A DNA stretch of 64,000 nt from the human T2T-CHM13v2.0 reference genome, Homo sapiens: NCBI RefSeq assembly GCF_009914755.1, contig NC_060926.1; one strand, 5' to 3'. The position numbers and the translations under genes are program-made. The notes beneath the pieces are model-generated. The model had not been told where the DNA came from, ran no database searches, and worked only from the letters and a program-made list of their open reading frames with translations. Shown piece after piece: positions 40,901-60,934 of this stretch; position 1 is the first letter of the stretch, and every line of letters starts with the position of its first letter.

Positions 40901-43854
40901 CTTAGGAGTCAAGGCATAAATAAGGCCGCAATTAAGCTATGGCTTTCATGTGTGCCTGCTCATTGAGTGCATTTATACCCTCAGAAAGAGTCCCTTCAGA
41001 AGTGCATTCACTTAGTGTCAAATACTAGAATTTGCACTCATTCTGTGTTCTGAATTATTGTGTAGCTCCTTAAGAATAATTCTATTGTGTCATTACTGAG
41101 AACAGTAATAAGGTAGAGATACAACTCATAAGTCGTGACATTTTAACAGTATAAGAAAAATGATAGAAAAAGAAAACTGAAGTGTCATGGCTACGAATTT
41201 AGAGAATACTAAAAGTCTTTGAAATTGTCAGCATATTTTTCAAAATGGAGACTGTATTTCCACTAGCATCACTTCTTTTATTCAGGAATTGAATGTCTTT
41301 TTTGGGTATAAATCGGTGTCTTATGTTTTATTTTTCCTTTCTTAAAAAATAATTTATTTGCATCTCTTTTGAGGTTATCACCCGTCTTGAAGGGCTGGGG
41401 GTAAAAATCCTCACTAGCTTCTTTAAAACCATAAAATGATATAATGAAATATTTTTACCTTGAGAAGTTAACACTGGGTGGATGTTTAGGATCATGTGTT
41501 TGTGACTATAAGGAATTCTTCCCTGGCTTCTAATTTACTACAGACTCAGAAACCCATGTGTTGACCTACATGTCCAAGCTCAACAGATGAGTGTTTAAGA
41601 GCACAGGAAGTGACACAGAGAAACAAAGCAGGACACCTGTCTGGGTCACTGTTGACCCATCATGCTTAACTAATTTTTCAGTGATCTCTGACCCAGATTT
41701 CCACAGTTCCACAGGGATTTCTATCTTTCATCTAACAAATCCTACACCTGGATTCAATTAATGAAACAAAATTCAACTTTCTTATCTGATGAACTGAACT
41801 CCTAGAGCCATTGAGACAATTGTTTTATTATTGTATTGACAAATTATCCTGTTAACAACTGGCTACTACAAAAATCAATTAAAATCTTGGCTAACATGTT
41901 GGAATATAGTTAAATAAGTAGAAATGCGAATTAAAGAGTGAGTTAACAGTTTTTTAAAAATATAGTTTGTAAATTAATAGCAATTAGATCAAAATCAGAA
42001 ATATATGTTGAAAATAAGAATGCTAAATTATAACATGCCATATGGAGCTGCTCTGTATTGAGTTTAATTTTATTTCATGCTGATGTACTTAGGAATATCA
42101 ATGCTTTATTTCATTTTCTCTAACATATATTCCTAGATATCCTGTTTCTCCTGATTCCTGACTATTACAAGGAATTGGTAGATTCCCTGTAAACCACTCT
42201 GGTTTTTTAGTTTACTGGTAAACTACCTTGTAAAATATTTAATATGTGGAGTGAAAAATAATTGAATCTTTGAACCTTTGGCCATAAAAGTATTATTCAT
42301 AATTTATTTATTTTTTATAGTAACTGCTTATGTGTTTAGAATATTGTGATAAAATCCATGGTCAAGGGAATTTAAAGCTGACTAGTATTTTGACTTTAGG
42401 AAGTAAAATAACTTGACTTTTATTCCTAAAGTCGAAAATTTGATTTTTCAAATTTTTGGCTCAACGAAAGTTTAACTTTTAGCTAGTAATAGAAAAAAAT
42501 CTGATAATCTCTTGGTATTTACTTCTGCCCCCTGAATACCCCACTTAAATGATACTTTAAGTAAAAGTAAGTAAAATTAGGTGTGTTTATAAAGACCACA
42601 TTATACTTAAGATGTTTAAGAATCATATAATTGAACTCTCAAAGCATACTTTCAGAAAGAATAATTAAAAAAAACCACCCCTGAGTGAGAGACAATGAAA
42701 TCGTCAAGGAAAAAACTATACTTCTTCCAAAGTATATTACCTTTAATGGCATTAAAACTGTCTAAAAACCTGGTAAGTGTTGCTTTGGAGGGTGAGGGAA
42801 ATTAATCTCACCTAGTCACTGATGTATTGCACTAGAAAGTGACTCGGAAATGTATAACTTTAAAATTTGAAAGAGAAGAAAGAATAATTTTACCACTGAG
42901 CATGAGCCAAATGTTTCATGGGGTTGTCAGTATGATATCTTTCCCTATAAATAGGTTTGCTGATTGCAGAAAGCACACATTTGTCTAAATGATACCTGAT
43001 CTCTGTCATTCACTTAAATGATAGATTTTATTTTCTCCTGCAAGATGCCATCAGTCAGTTTTGAAGAGGGAATATTGATAATCAAGTGAAAGAACAATTC
43101 ACCTCCAGAAGTACAGAGACACAAATGTGAATACAAAAAGTAAAAATAAAATGCAAAGAATAAAAGGATACCCAGAAACCATAAAGGCTGATGTGCAACC
43201 TAAGTTCAGCTTACTGATTGAGAACCTAAAATAATAAAAATGGATTGTTAACACATAGTGTAGACAACGAATACTTTCTCATATTACTAAGAGTGTTCTA
43301 CATATATTCTGTTTTCTGGCTCTTTTAGCTGCTTGCTTCAGTGTCCTCTGTTTCAGAAGTTGCTGAAATAATTATCTAAACAGGTATTTAGACATTAGAG
43401 ATGTGGTTTCCAAATAATTTTACAGCATTATGAACAACATAAGATATGCATTTTATCTTCTCCTTCTTTGAACTTTGTTCCAGCCCTTGCTTTTTGGCCA
43501 AGTGGGGGTTCACTCACTGAGAATTTCAGGGGTTCTCTTTGACATTATGCTGATCTCTACAGATGTCCTCGTCACATTGACATCTATCTAAATGCTACCT
43601 ACTTTTTAAGACTAGCACCTGTTCCATCTCTACCATGAAACTATCCCTTTGCACTTCTGTGAGAATTGGCTTTCACTCCTCCAATTACTCTAGTGTTTGA
43701 AATTTGTACAACTCTTAAGAAGTTCACATAACGATACCATTCAAGGCAAAACAGAGAAATGCATTAGGAAACACACACAACAAACAAACACAGACCTATG
43801 CACAGAATTAGAGAAAAGTGCTGTCATAGTTGTCCTTTGCAGGCTCAGAATAAA

Positions 43855-44075
43855 GTTCAGAGATGCTGCCCTTTGCATAGATTTCCTTATCTCAGTAAAG
43901 AATAAGGGGCAGGAAAGCTCCCTTCAACCCCCTTCATAAGGACCCTAATCCCATTCACGAGGGTAGAGCCCTCAGAATTAATTGCTTCCCAAAAGATTCC
44001 ACCTCTTAATACTCTTACTTTTGGGTGTTAGGTTTCAGCACAGGAATTTTGGAGAGACACATTTAGAAAATAGCA
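43855..44075 (-). mobile_element. Partial MST/MLT1A-type LTR
   Basis: taaggaccctaatcccattcacgagggtagagccctc...ccacctcttaatac...ggaattttggagagacaca. Confidence 0.75.
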
Positions 44076-44079
44076 GAGA

Positions 44080-44645
44080 GCCATGGTCTCTTGTTCAATT
44101 TAAAACCCTGAGTCTGGTTTGTGACTTAGAATCTCTTTAATTAAGGGTAAGCTAGGTACAGTTGAAAAGTGACTCCACGGTAACATCACAAAGATACAAA
44201 TCCAGTTCCTAGCTCAAAAGGCTTGTAGTCGTGTACCAAATGTACTTGGGAATGGTGATTACAGTGATTATTTCTGATATATTTTGATACTACCTCTAGT
44301 TTAACAATAATTTCTGGGGACCCGGAACACCTCTGTGCTCCCCTGGTCATAGCAGTGATTTATGGGAATTAGGTGATGGAGTTTCAACCAAATTCATCAT
44401 AAGGTTCAGACCTTATTTCTGTATTTGTGTATTTGGAATGGACTTTCTAAACTTGGCACAAAAAACTCACTTTGGTTCCATAACCCATGGAATGGAGGCC
44501 CATTAATGTGGAAAGGGTCAATACAAAGCCTTCTAAATCACCTCTACTAATACAGTACTTTAAAATGAATACTGTATATCTCCATATATTTATGATTTAG
44601 AGTGACAATCATAGATTTGAATGCGGGGATGGGCATTTCCCTAAT
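44080..44645 (+). mobile_element. ERVL internal fragment (gag end, protease, start of RT)
   Basis: From 44283 it translates FDTTSSLTIISGDPEHLCAPLVIAVIYG, matching the recalled ERVL protease LDTGSELTLIPGDPKRHCGPPVRVGAYG. Confidence 0.75.
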
Positions 44646-44651
44646 GTTTGT

Positions 44652-45598
44652 TTTTATTTTATTTAAAAAAGCACTTTGTAGAGATATAATTTACATGCAA
44701 TAAAATTCACCTTTTTAAAGTGTGTACAATTCAGTAGTTTTTAGTATATTCACAATGTTGTGCATCAACACCAGAATTAATTTTAGAACATTTTCATCAC
44801 CCCCCAAAGAAAGTTTGTACACATCAGCAGTCAGTTGCCATTCCTCCTTCGCTCTAATCCTAGAAACTACTAATCTATTTTCTGTCTCTATGGATGTGAC
44901 CATTCTGGACATTTCATAAAAATGGAATCACACAGTGTGTGGTCTTTTGTGACTAGCTTCTTTTATTTAGCATAATATTTTCAAAGCTAATCCGTGTTGT
45001 AGTATATGTTGATATTTCATTATTTTTGAGTAATAGTCTGTTATGTGGATATACCACATTTATTCATCCATTAACTGTTGGATGTTTGAGTTGTTTCTTC
45101 TTTGGGTTATTACAAGTAATACTGCTATGAATATCAGTATACAAGTTTTTATGTGGACATATCTTCTCATTTCTCTTGGGTACATACCTAGGGATGAAAT
45201 TTCTGGATCATATGCTAACTGTATGTTTAGCATTTTGAGGAGCTGCAAGACTGTTTTCTAAAGTGGCTGGAATAGTTTACATTCCTACCAGTAGTGCACA
45301 ATGGTTCCAATTTCTCCACATCTTCACCAACACTTGTTATTGTCTGCCTTTTTTTTAATTATAGCCATCCTAGTGAAATAATATTTCATTGTGGTTTTGA
45401 TTTCCATTTCTAGAATGATTAATGATGTAGGGCGTCTTTTAATGTGTTTATTGGCAACTTGCATATCTCCTATGGAGAAATTTTATTTTGAAATTATTTG
45501 CCCATATGAATTCTCTATATATTCTGGATACATGTCCTTTATAGGTATATGATTGACAAATTTATCTGCTCCCATTTTGTGGGTTGTGTTTTTAGTTT
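44652..45598 (-). mobile_element. L1MB-type 3' fragment
   Basis: gagatataatttacatgcaataaaattcacc...ttttagaacattttcatcaccccc. Minus ORF LAYDPEISSLGMYPREMRRYVH resembles the ORF2 C-terminus. Confidence 0.9.
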
Positions 45599-50240
<4,642 letters not shown>

Positions 50241-50244
50241 TTCT

Positions 50245-52290
50245 AACATTGATTTGTAATTTGGCTGCTTGACCAGAGATAATAATGGGTGAGTCTTGTG
50301 TAAGAGCAGGTGGTGACTCAAATTTCAGTTATTATTCAAGATATAGTTTATTTTTTTTGGAGAAAATAAATCATCTCAGAACTACCATTCTTATAATTGG
50401 TTTTTATTCCAATAAACTTAGAACATCAGAAACAACTTTCTTTTACCTGAAAATAACAGTTATAAATCTTTTCTGTATTCACTCTGAGCTAAGCCAGTTC
50501 TTCATCATTTTATCATAATTAAATCTCTTTAAACAACATGATCACCTTATTCTCTCAGAGAATATCACACTGATCCATTTATTGATGGAATCATGACAAT
50601 AAATAATAGGACCCTGTGAGGATGAAGTACAAGTATTCTAGATGTCATGGTAAGAAACATAAGTGATCAAGAGTATATAAGAGATAAATCTCCTGAAAAT
50701 CTACCCAAGTATTTGAGGGTCTAGTGGTCTGGGATGCACAGATAAGTTGTTGCATCACATACTCTTTACCTCTATGCCTAGAGGCTCTCTGAATCTTGGA
50801 GAAAATTTCACACTGGGTGTGCTCGCTGCATGCATTTATGGTGTAATTCTTAAGGATGTCAGCTTTATATGAATTCCAAGATAATAACTTCCTTATTTCT
50901 TCAGCTAATCTTGCTTCAGATCATTCAGATAATTTGACTTTATTACTAGTAAATCCAGTGTGCTATATGGACCATCTGGTGTTTTGGAACAAAATCATGC
51001 CCTTTTTGGAAAATAATCATTTTCCTCTAGAGAAAGTCTCCTGGCCTTTGCCCCTGGGCCCTGGCTGAGACTGATTACTTGGTCATCTATACCAGGAAGC
51101 CATGTGACCTGAGCTGTTCTTCATGATTTAATGCTTTGATATTTACCAAGTCCTAGAGGTGGACATCCTTATCACTACACAATAATCTCCATAATCAAAT
51201 AGAAGTGATATAAATAAGACTATACTTAAATAGATCCTGAGAACACAAGTAAATTGTCTGAAAAGGTGGCTAACCCTCTTAGAAACTATACTTCTGATTC
51301 TTGCCCACACAAAAGGCATCATGGAGGATTTTCCCCTGCAAGCTGCTTAACAAAGAAAAAAAAATGCCTGGTTTAATATGTATTTTGCACACAAGATGTG
51401 GATTAGGAGTGGATTATTGCAGTATTCAAGCCATATTTAAAGTGGTTCTACAGTAAAATGAGTAAGAAAAATTTTCCCTGTTGGCAAAATTTTGAGCAGT
51501 GTATCTGGTGATATGGTTTGGATTTGTTTCCCTGCCCAAATTTCATGTCAACTTGTAATCCCCGGTGTTGTAGGAGGGGCCTGATGGGAGGTGACTGGAT
51601 CATGGAGGCAGATTTCCCCCTTGCTGTTCTCATGATTATGAGTGAGTTCTCCTGAGATTCGGTTGTTTAAAAGTGTGCAGCACCTCCCCCTTCTCTCTCT
51701 TCCTCATTCTCTGGCCTTGTAAGACATTCTTGCTTCCTCTTTGCCTTCCACCATGATTGTAAGTTTCCTGAGGACTCCCCTGCCATGCTTCCTATACGGC
51801 CTGTGGAACTGTGACTCAATTAAACCTCTTTTCTTTATAAGTTACTCAGTCTCAGGTAGTTCTTTAGAGCAATGTGAGAATAGACTAATACATCTGGTGA
51901 TCCTACTTTCCCACAGGAGAGGTACAAAATTGTACTATTTGATGCACCTTGCCTAATGTTTTGGCTTAACAATCAGAGACTTGAAAAAAGGTAAGATTGG
52001 AGGAATGGTAACAAGGAAGTTTGAGTTTTCTCAACTTGATAGGTGGGCATCTCAAAATAGGACCCAAGCAATGTTTTTATCTCACCTGAATACTCATTGA
52101 AAGATCCACTCCACAAAGGAGACTCTACATTAAGGTGGATATGATGACCTAGTTTGTGGAAGTCAGTCATTTTCTGTAGGAATCTCACTGTTTGCTTATG
52201 GGCTAGAGGACAAATGGCCATTGTGGCACGTCTAGATTTTATACTCGGGCTCAGCAGCATGGACTTTTTCTCAAAGGGACAATTGTGGAT
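50245..52290 (+). mobile_element. ERVL internal pol fragment (RT onward), continuation of 44080-44645
   Basis: EHQKQLSFT at about 50420 and ENITLIH/IDGIM at about 50560 match the recalled ERVL RT motifs HQKQFAFSW and DITLVHYIDDIM; many stops and frameshifts. Confidence 0.75.
51509..51892 (+). mobile_element. MSTA-type MaLR solo LTR
   Basis: tgatatggtttggatttg...gactaataca. Perfect 5-bp TSD tctgg at 51504-51508 and 51893-51897. Confidence 0.93.
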
Positions 52291-52324
52291 GCAAACTTCT
52301 TTTATTCATTTAGTTTTATTTAAT

Positions 52325-52596
52325 TAATTTATTTATTTTTGAAATAGGGTCTTGCTCTGTCATCCAGGCTGGAGTGAAGTAGCAGGATCATTGCTCACTG
52401 CAGCCTCAATCTACTGAGCTCAAGTGGTCCTCCCACTTCAGCCTCCCAAGTAGCTGGGGCCACAGCCATGCACCACCATACCCACTTAATTTCTTTCTTT
52501 CTTTTTTTTTTGAGAGATCAGGTCTTGCCGTGTTGCCTAGGTTGGTTCTGAACTTTTGGACTCAAGCAATCCTCCTGCTTCATCCTCCCAAAGTGG
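52325..52596 (-). mobile_element. AluJ, 5'-truncated
   Basis: gctcactgcagcctc...gctcaagtggtcctcccac; stops at cccaaagtg. Confidence 0.93.
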
Positions 52597-52659
52597 TAGC
52601 TCACTTCTGAGTGGCCAGTATACTGACAGCAAAAATAAGCACTGATCTTTAATATAGGG

Positions 52660-53453
<794 letters not shown>

Positions 53454-54760
53454 GATTTTGTTACCATTAGTGCTTAAAGATGATGAGTTTCTCTGAATTG
53501 GTTCTGAGGTGTCCAGCATTGGTTCTCTAATCTGATTAGATTTAAAGGCACTAATGTCTCTATTTCCAGTTGTAAAGATAGAATTGGTAGTTCATGGTAT
53601 GACGTGGCAATAGAGATAGATTACCATTGGATAATCCTATTCAAAATCTATAAAAGGCAAGATTCTGAGTGACCATGTATTTGACACCTTAGAACATTTT
53701 TGTCAAACTAATGTGCATAATGAGATTGACCCCTAGTTGTACTAGGCAAAGTGATAATAGTAAAGGATGAGCTCAGGGACTCAAAACCCCAGGTGCTGCA
53801 TGAAAATTTGTATGTTTGCCCTAAAAGAAATTCTTATCTTCTGTAGCTGCAGAGCTTAGATTGCTAAAAACCAAAGCCAAAGCCTCATTCTGTGAGTGGC
53901 TAAATTATCAGCCACAGTGAATTCCCAACCTCATAAGGTGGCTGCTGTGAAAGTAAGGATATTGGCTAAGAGAGGATAAGATTCTAAAAATTGAAATGGG
54001 GATATATGAGAAAACCCTGAGAAAACTGGGGACATTGAATCCCTAAATGCTGACGAGACTCATTGGCCAAAAAAAGCAACCTTTCCATTTCCATCTGAGG
54101 GATTAACTCTGCTTTGCCTGAGGAATGGTCTCACTTTATTCTAATTGTCATGCAAGATAATACTGAGTTTCCTCAGGACTTATCCCCATCACCCTTCTTT
54201 GTTTGTAGAGCTATAACCAGACTCAGGTTTTAGCAGGCCTCTAGAGAGGATCTACAAAGTGTGACCTATGAGGACATGCACTAAGCTCCAACTACATTAT
54301 TTTTCCAATTTATGGAGATAAAACTCCAGGGAATATGTGTGGAAATGAAGTAATAGTGGAAGATATATACAGTGTGAGCAAGATGTATTTATTGGCATGA
54401 GCCTACTAAGCAGAGATTCTGAGTTTAATGTTGCTGTTTGAGAAGTTAGAAAGGGATCTGTTTGTTTGATTAGTTGGCTGAAACATGAACCAAAAGATGG
54501 CCTACGCTTAGTGAAGTTAAAATGCTAGATTTTCCTTGACACACTGTAAAGGAAGTTATCCAAATGCTCATGGAGATTCGTATGTTAGGGGGGGTTGATC
54601 ATGTCAGATCTGCTCACTCACCCTAGGAGGAGGGTACGGAGGACATTCTTCACCATGACTGTGAAAAATAAATTTGAGAGTGCAGTCCTGCTAACTGGGA
54701 GAGCTCTGTGGTTGCTCTTTTCTGAAAATCAGTAATTACGGTGGGAAATGCTGCCAGAAT
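53454..54760 (+). mobile_element. ERVL internal region (PBS/leader and gag), decayed
   Basis: gattttgttacca PBS-like junction after the LTR; gag-like ggggacattgaatccctaaat, gggaatatgtgtggaaatg and ctactaagcagagattctgagtttaatgttgc. Confidence 0.8.
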
Positions 54761-54769
54761 GATGTTAGC

Positions 54770-55120
54770 TATGAATTTAATCTCTGTTTATCTAACTAGA
54801 GTTGCTACTTATAATTTTGGTTTTCTATTTTTTATTCCACATTCCCTTTGCCCTCAGTCAGCATCTCAGCTGTGAAGATAGTTTTACATGACAGATTTAA
54901 CTAAACCTGCATTCCAAATAGGTCTGAGCTCTTTATGATTCTAATTTTACTGGAAGTAACATTTACCTAACTAGTATTATACCTAAATATTCAGTGGGCC
55001 ATTGTGAGAAGGATGAGATAACTGGTAATAACATTGATTCCCATTCAATACAATGCCTCACTTATTTTTAAGTGAAATAATTTTGTGGTCATAAATAATC
55101 AGCACTGTGGTAGTGAGCAA
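54770..55120 (-). mobile_element. Inverted ERVL 3'-internal fragment
   Basis: The reverse complement reads cagctgagatgctgactgagggcaaagggaatgtggaat, matching the recalled end of ERVL pol. Confidence 0.55.
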
Positions 55121-55139
55121 GACAGTTAGGAGTCATTGG

Positions 55140-55450
55140 GTGCTGAAAAGAGGAGAATCTTTAATTGCCTCTTCCAGGCTTTTCTTAGCTTTTGGCTACA
55201 TAATACCAAACTCTGCCTCTGTTTTCAGATCATCGTCTCCTCTATGCGTCTGTGTCTTCTCTTGGTCTCTCGTAAGGACATCGGTCATAGGATTTAAAAT
55301 CTACTTGAGTAATGTGAGATGATTTCATCTCAAGCTTCTTACTAATATTTGCAGAGACTTTTTTTCCAATTAAGTTCACGTTTACAGGTTCATGGTCTTA
55401 AGACAAAGGCATATCATTTTTTTCAGGGGAACAGCATTAAACTCACTACA
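55140..55450 (-). mobile_element. Partial MLT1B/C LTR
   Basis: taaggacatcggtcataggattta...gatttcatctcaag...tttgcagagacttttttccaattaagttcacg...actcactaca. Confidence 0.8.
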
Positions 55451-55985
<535 letters not shown>

Positions 55986-55999
55986 AACTTCCAGAAGGA

Positions 56000-56325
56000 G
56001 AAACCATCTGCAAATCTCCTCTCTGCACAATTCTCTCCACTTTGGTAATTTGCCCTGCAAATTCTATCAACCTTGCCTTACCTGAAACCTAACCTGTATC
56101 TTCAGCTCTTGGGTACCCCATCTCTGCCCTGCATCCTGGAGATGCTCTCCAAGCAGCAGGTGGGTCAATCACAGTGCTCACCCTTTCTGTTTCTTTGCTC
56201 TCAGAGATCACTCGCCTATTCTGACTGTTGTCAAATGATTAAAAACTGTTGTTTCATGTATTTTGTTCATGCTTTAGTTGTTTAAGTCAAGAGGTTATCT
56301 GTTATTATACCAAACTAGAAGAATG
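56000..56325 (-). mobile_element. Ancient L1ME 5'-end fragment
   Basis: gccctgcaaattcta...gctcaccctttctgtttc...ctcagagatcac...aaaactgttgtttcatgtattttg. Confidence 0.6.
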
Positions 56326-57291
56326 TGTGTTTTCTGTTATTATACCAAAACTAGAAGAATAGCTCTCCTTTTACAATATATTCTTTCGATTTAGAAATTA
56401 ATTTTTCTTAATGGAAAAGACAAGCAAAATTAGACTTGAGCAGGTATGTCAACTTTTTTGGGTTGCTAAACAACAGGCTATATCTTTTAGAAATAGTTTT
56501 CTTCTTCCCTAGTTGGTCTTGTGGAAAACCTATTTAATATTTCTACTATCATGCTTGGATGAGCCCAGTTCATTCTAGGTTTTTGCCTCCCTGCCACAGT
56601 TTCTATAGGTTTCTGCTCTCTGTGTTGTGTGTTTGCATTATGTCTGTTTGTGCATCACCTACATTTGTATATCTATGTTTTTATTGATGGTTTTAAAGGG
56701 AAAGGAGATTTATGCTTCACAGGGCCATCTCTTTTCTGAATTATTCGGTACATCATTACTGATTTTCTCACTAAATATGAAACACAAAGCAAGATTGCAT
56801 TTGAATATATTTCAAACAAAACTGTATGCTCGCTGTATTTATACCTCATTATTTGGTTTGATTATATACATTAGCAAATTTCCTGGGTAAAATACCTAAA
56901 GCCTCGCTGAAATTGGCCCTTATTGTCTCTGGAGATAAACTCTAATGTAATACAATTAGAATGCTCATTAAAAATGAGCATTCTCTTGGGAATCTAAAAT
57001 CAATTCAGTTTTTTCCATACTCTAAACAGTAGTATTTTAAATAAAATTACTTGCATGTATTTATAGAATCTGAAAGAAAAAGTACAAAATCAAATCTTTG
57101 GGCTATAATAAATTATTGAGTCAGTTATATATGTATGCCTATGTGTGTCAATGTACACACATGTGCAAGCAAATATATATACACACTTATATAGAGATAT
57201 TTATAGAAATAAATGATATATGACATAAGTAATTATAAATACTTAAACACTTTATGACATTTATGATCAAAGCTTTATAAAATACATTATC

Positions 57292-57894
<603 letters not shown>

Positions 57895-58169
57895 ATAAGC
57901 AAATCTAGATATAAATAAGATTAATCTAAATAAGAATATAATGATTCGTGTATTCTATTACATATGAAGATTATGGTTCTTTGATATTCTGTAAGTGTTG
58001 CCATTACAACATAAAATGCCATTACAACAAACTAAAGTTGCCATTACAACAAAGCAACATAAAGTGTTGCTTTATTAAACAATTGGAAGAATAGGGTTAA
58101 CCAAAAGAAATTCCCCCATAAATGTCTGCTTAGAACTAGCTTACCACTTTATTTTTATTTTTTAAATAA

Positions 58170-58292
58170 TGAGGCAGGAGAAGTGCTTGAACTCAGGAGG
58201 CAGAGGCTGTGGTGAGCCGAGATCATGCCAGTGCACTCCAGCCTGGGCTACAAGAGCGAAACTCCACCTCAAAAAAAAAGAAAAAGAAAAAA
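58170..58292 (+). mobile_element. 5'-truncated Alu (end of right monomer only)
   Basis: tgaggcaggagaagtgcttgaac...caagagcgaaactccacctc plus A tail; TSD aaataat(g). Confidence 0.93.
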
Positions 58293-60074
58293 TAATGCTC
58301 AGAAAGTCTTATGAGCTTACATATAAGACTACTCAAATGGTAGCATAAACGTGATTCACTCTGACGAACTGAAAATATCACAAATGAACACCAACCTAAG
58401 ACCCAACATTTTAGTACATTCTTTTTAGCACATTATCAAAAATCTTTGTAAGAGATCACTTACAGATTAGAATTTGCTTATTTGTCTTAAATTTTGAAAA
58501 TATTTTCATTGCAAATTTAGTCTTATTTAACAAATTAGTTCTCAGAATTTTAGCATATCCTTTCCTTAAGATTTTTTTCATGAAAATAATGTATATTTAC
58601 TACAGACTTTTAAATAATCAGATACTTTATAGAAATAACATTGCTTTCTTTAACCATGTTGTTCCTGGTTGGTGAATGGAATTCATATTTTTTTTTGTCT
58701 TGTACTTCAAACTCAATCAATATCACCTAGTGTGTTAAATGGTATACCTAGTTGTTTAATATTGTGCAATGTTGTAGCCATTGGTGCATGGGAGAAATAA
58801 AATCAATTTCAACGCCCACACATTGGATATGTAAGCAGACATAGATTTGAGATTACTGCGAGGGAAGATTGTGTAATGAAACGGCTGACTGCCATTTTCA
58901 GTGGCTAAGGAGAACTCTTTCCGTAGCTCCTGGTTGTGTGCAGGATGAAGAGCTTAACGCTGAGCACAGCACAAAGAACCCTCTACAAAGTAGCCCCTGC
59001 CTGCTTCTCCAGCTCATTGTCATCTTCTCCTTCACATACGTGACTGTGGCCACAGTCTAATTCACATGTCTGGAACATCCCATATGTCTGGCTCTCTGCT
59101 AAGAAAACTCTCTCAATCTCTGTGCCCTTCTCATTTCACCTCACCTGCCTTTCTTGCCCTGGGTGAGAGCAGTTCCCTAACACAGCATTTAGCATAGAAT
59201 AATTCAGTTTAGTTTAACTGGCCATGCCCTCAATTTTCAGTATAGAAGCATGGTTCACAGTTAGTACTTGAGAGAATGGGCCCAGCAGCTGGGATCTTTG
59301 TCTACCTTTACTTCCATCTAAATCTTCAGAAACTTGTCATCTCCAGGCCTGGCAGCTTCTTCAGCCCCCCCACGAAGAACAGATATAAATGATGAAAAAA
59401 ATGTGTTTCTCTCTGTAACAAGTAGTAAGCTATAATCTAGAATCAAAGTGACCTCATTTCTAATGTTTCACACATTTTTTTTTTAAATCATGGAGCTATT
59501 TCTACATCTAATAAAGATGAAAATTCCCAATTGAAAGTCTCAGTGGAATTTTATATCCTCACACCTTTGTGATATGTAAAAGCTAATCATTTGCACAATC
59601 ATCAAGCCATATGTAGTGGCGTCTTTCTGTTCAGGGCCCCATGACGGGCACGGCAAAAGAGCAAATTACACAGACATGATCCTGTCGAACAGTTTTCAGT
59701 CAACTCTCATCAATGGAGAAGTCTGTCCTGGTACCTCTCCTTGCTTTCATTCTTCACCAGAAAAACTCCAAAATGAGGATGTGGTATCCTCATGAACGCC
59801 CATGATGTTTATGCTCTTTAACCAGAAACTTCGCGAAAGAGGCCTCTTTCCTTTCTTTTCTCTTTTTATTTAATTCCTCTTTAATGTATGACTGACCGTC
59901 TCTGCCCACTGCAGGACTCTGTTCAGCTCTTTAGTTGTGGAAAATCTTCTTCCCAGAGCCCTGGCTTCACACTTCAGAGGGCACAAATGGGGTCTGCCCT
60001 GTCCACCAGCAAAAATGAGCAGTCTTTGCCCCACCCCTTGCCAAAACACCCATTTTAATTTTTCTATATTTCAT

Positions 60075-60370
60075 TATTTATTTATTCTGAGACAGGTTCT
60101 TTCTCTGTCACCCAGGCCAGAATGTGGTGGCACTATCACAGCTCACCGCAGCCTCGACATCCTGGGCTCAAGTGATCCTCCCACCTCTGCCTCCTGAGTA
60201 GCTGGGACTACAGGCAGGTACTACCATGCCTGGCTAATTTTTGTATTTTTGTGTGAAGACCGGGGCTCACTCTCTTTCCCAGGCTAGTCTTGAACTCCTG
60301 GGCTCAAGTGATCCTCCTGTCTTGGCCTCCCAATGTGCTAGGATTACATGTGTGAGCCACTGCACACAGC
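60075..60370 (-). mobile_element. AluJ
   Basis: acagctcaccgcagcctcgacatcctgggctcaagtgatcctccc. Confidence 0.95.
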
Positions 60371-60934
60371 AGAATATCCATTTTTAAACCGAGCAGTCTC
60401 AACCTTCTTTTTCCCCTCCGTGAAATTGCTTCTGCAGAAGGGCCTCTCGCCCCTTCCTATGTTGCTCAATTTCCATATGGAAGCTGCTGTTTTTCTACTG
60501 GGCAAGTGCCCATGGCAGACCTTAGAGTTCTCACCACTCTCCAAAAGCCTAGGGCCCAGAGAATCTCTCTCTGGGGGTTTGGGGGTGTAGCCCTGGTGGG
60601 AAAAGTGCAGGGTGTGGAATGGAGTAATGGCAAGGCCTAAAGAATGGACTTCCTCTAGGCCTGATATCTAAGGTGAAAGCCTAGATTTTAATCTCCAAGA
60701 AAACAGCTTTCTTAAGAAGAGAGCACAGAGACAATCTGTTCATGAGGCCTTAGGTAGCTATCCAGGTGTTTCCTAAACTGTTCTCTACAGATATTGATGT
60801 AGGCTATTTTTGTTGTTTGTTTATTTTGGTTTCTTTCTGGAAAATCAGAATAGATTAAAAAAGCAGTTAAATCAAATTTCTACCACTCCCTAAAAGGGCA
60901 CACTTCATTTTAGGCCTGTGCATTTTCTAATGTC

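Noticed and set aside
57993-58073. CRISPR-like repeat-spacer pattern
   Set aside because: Repeats are 12 bp with 6-10 bp spacers, there are no cas genes, and the context is eukaryotic.
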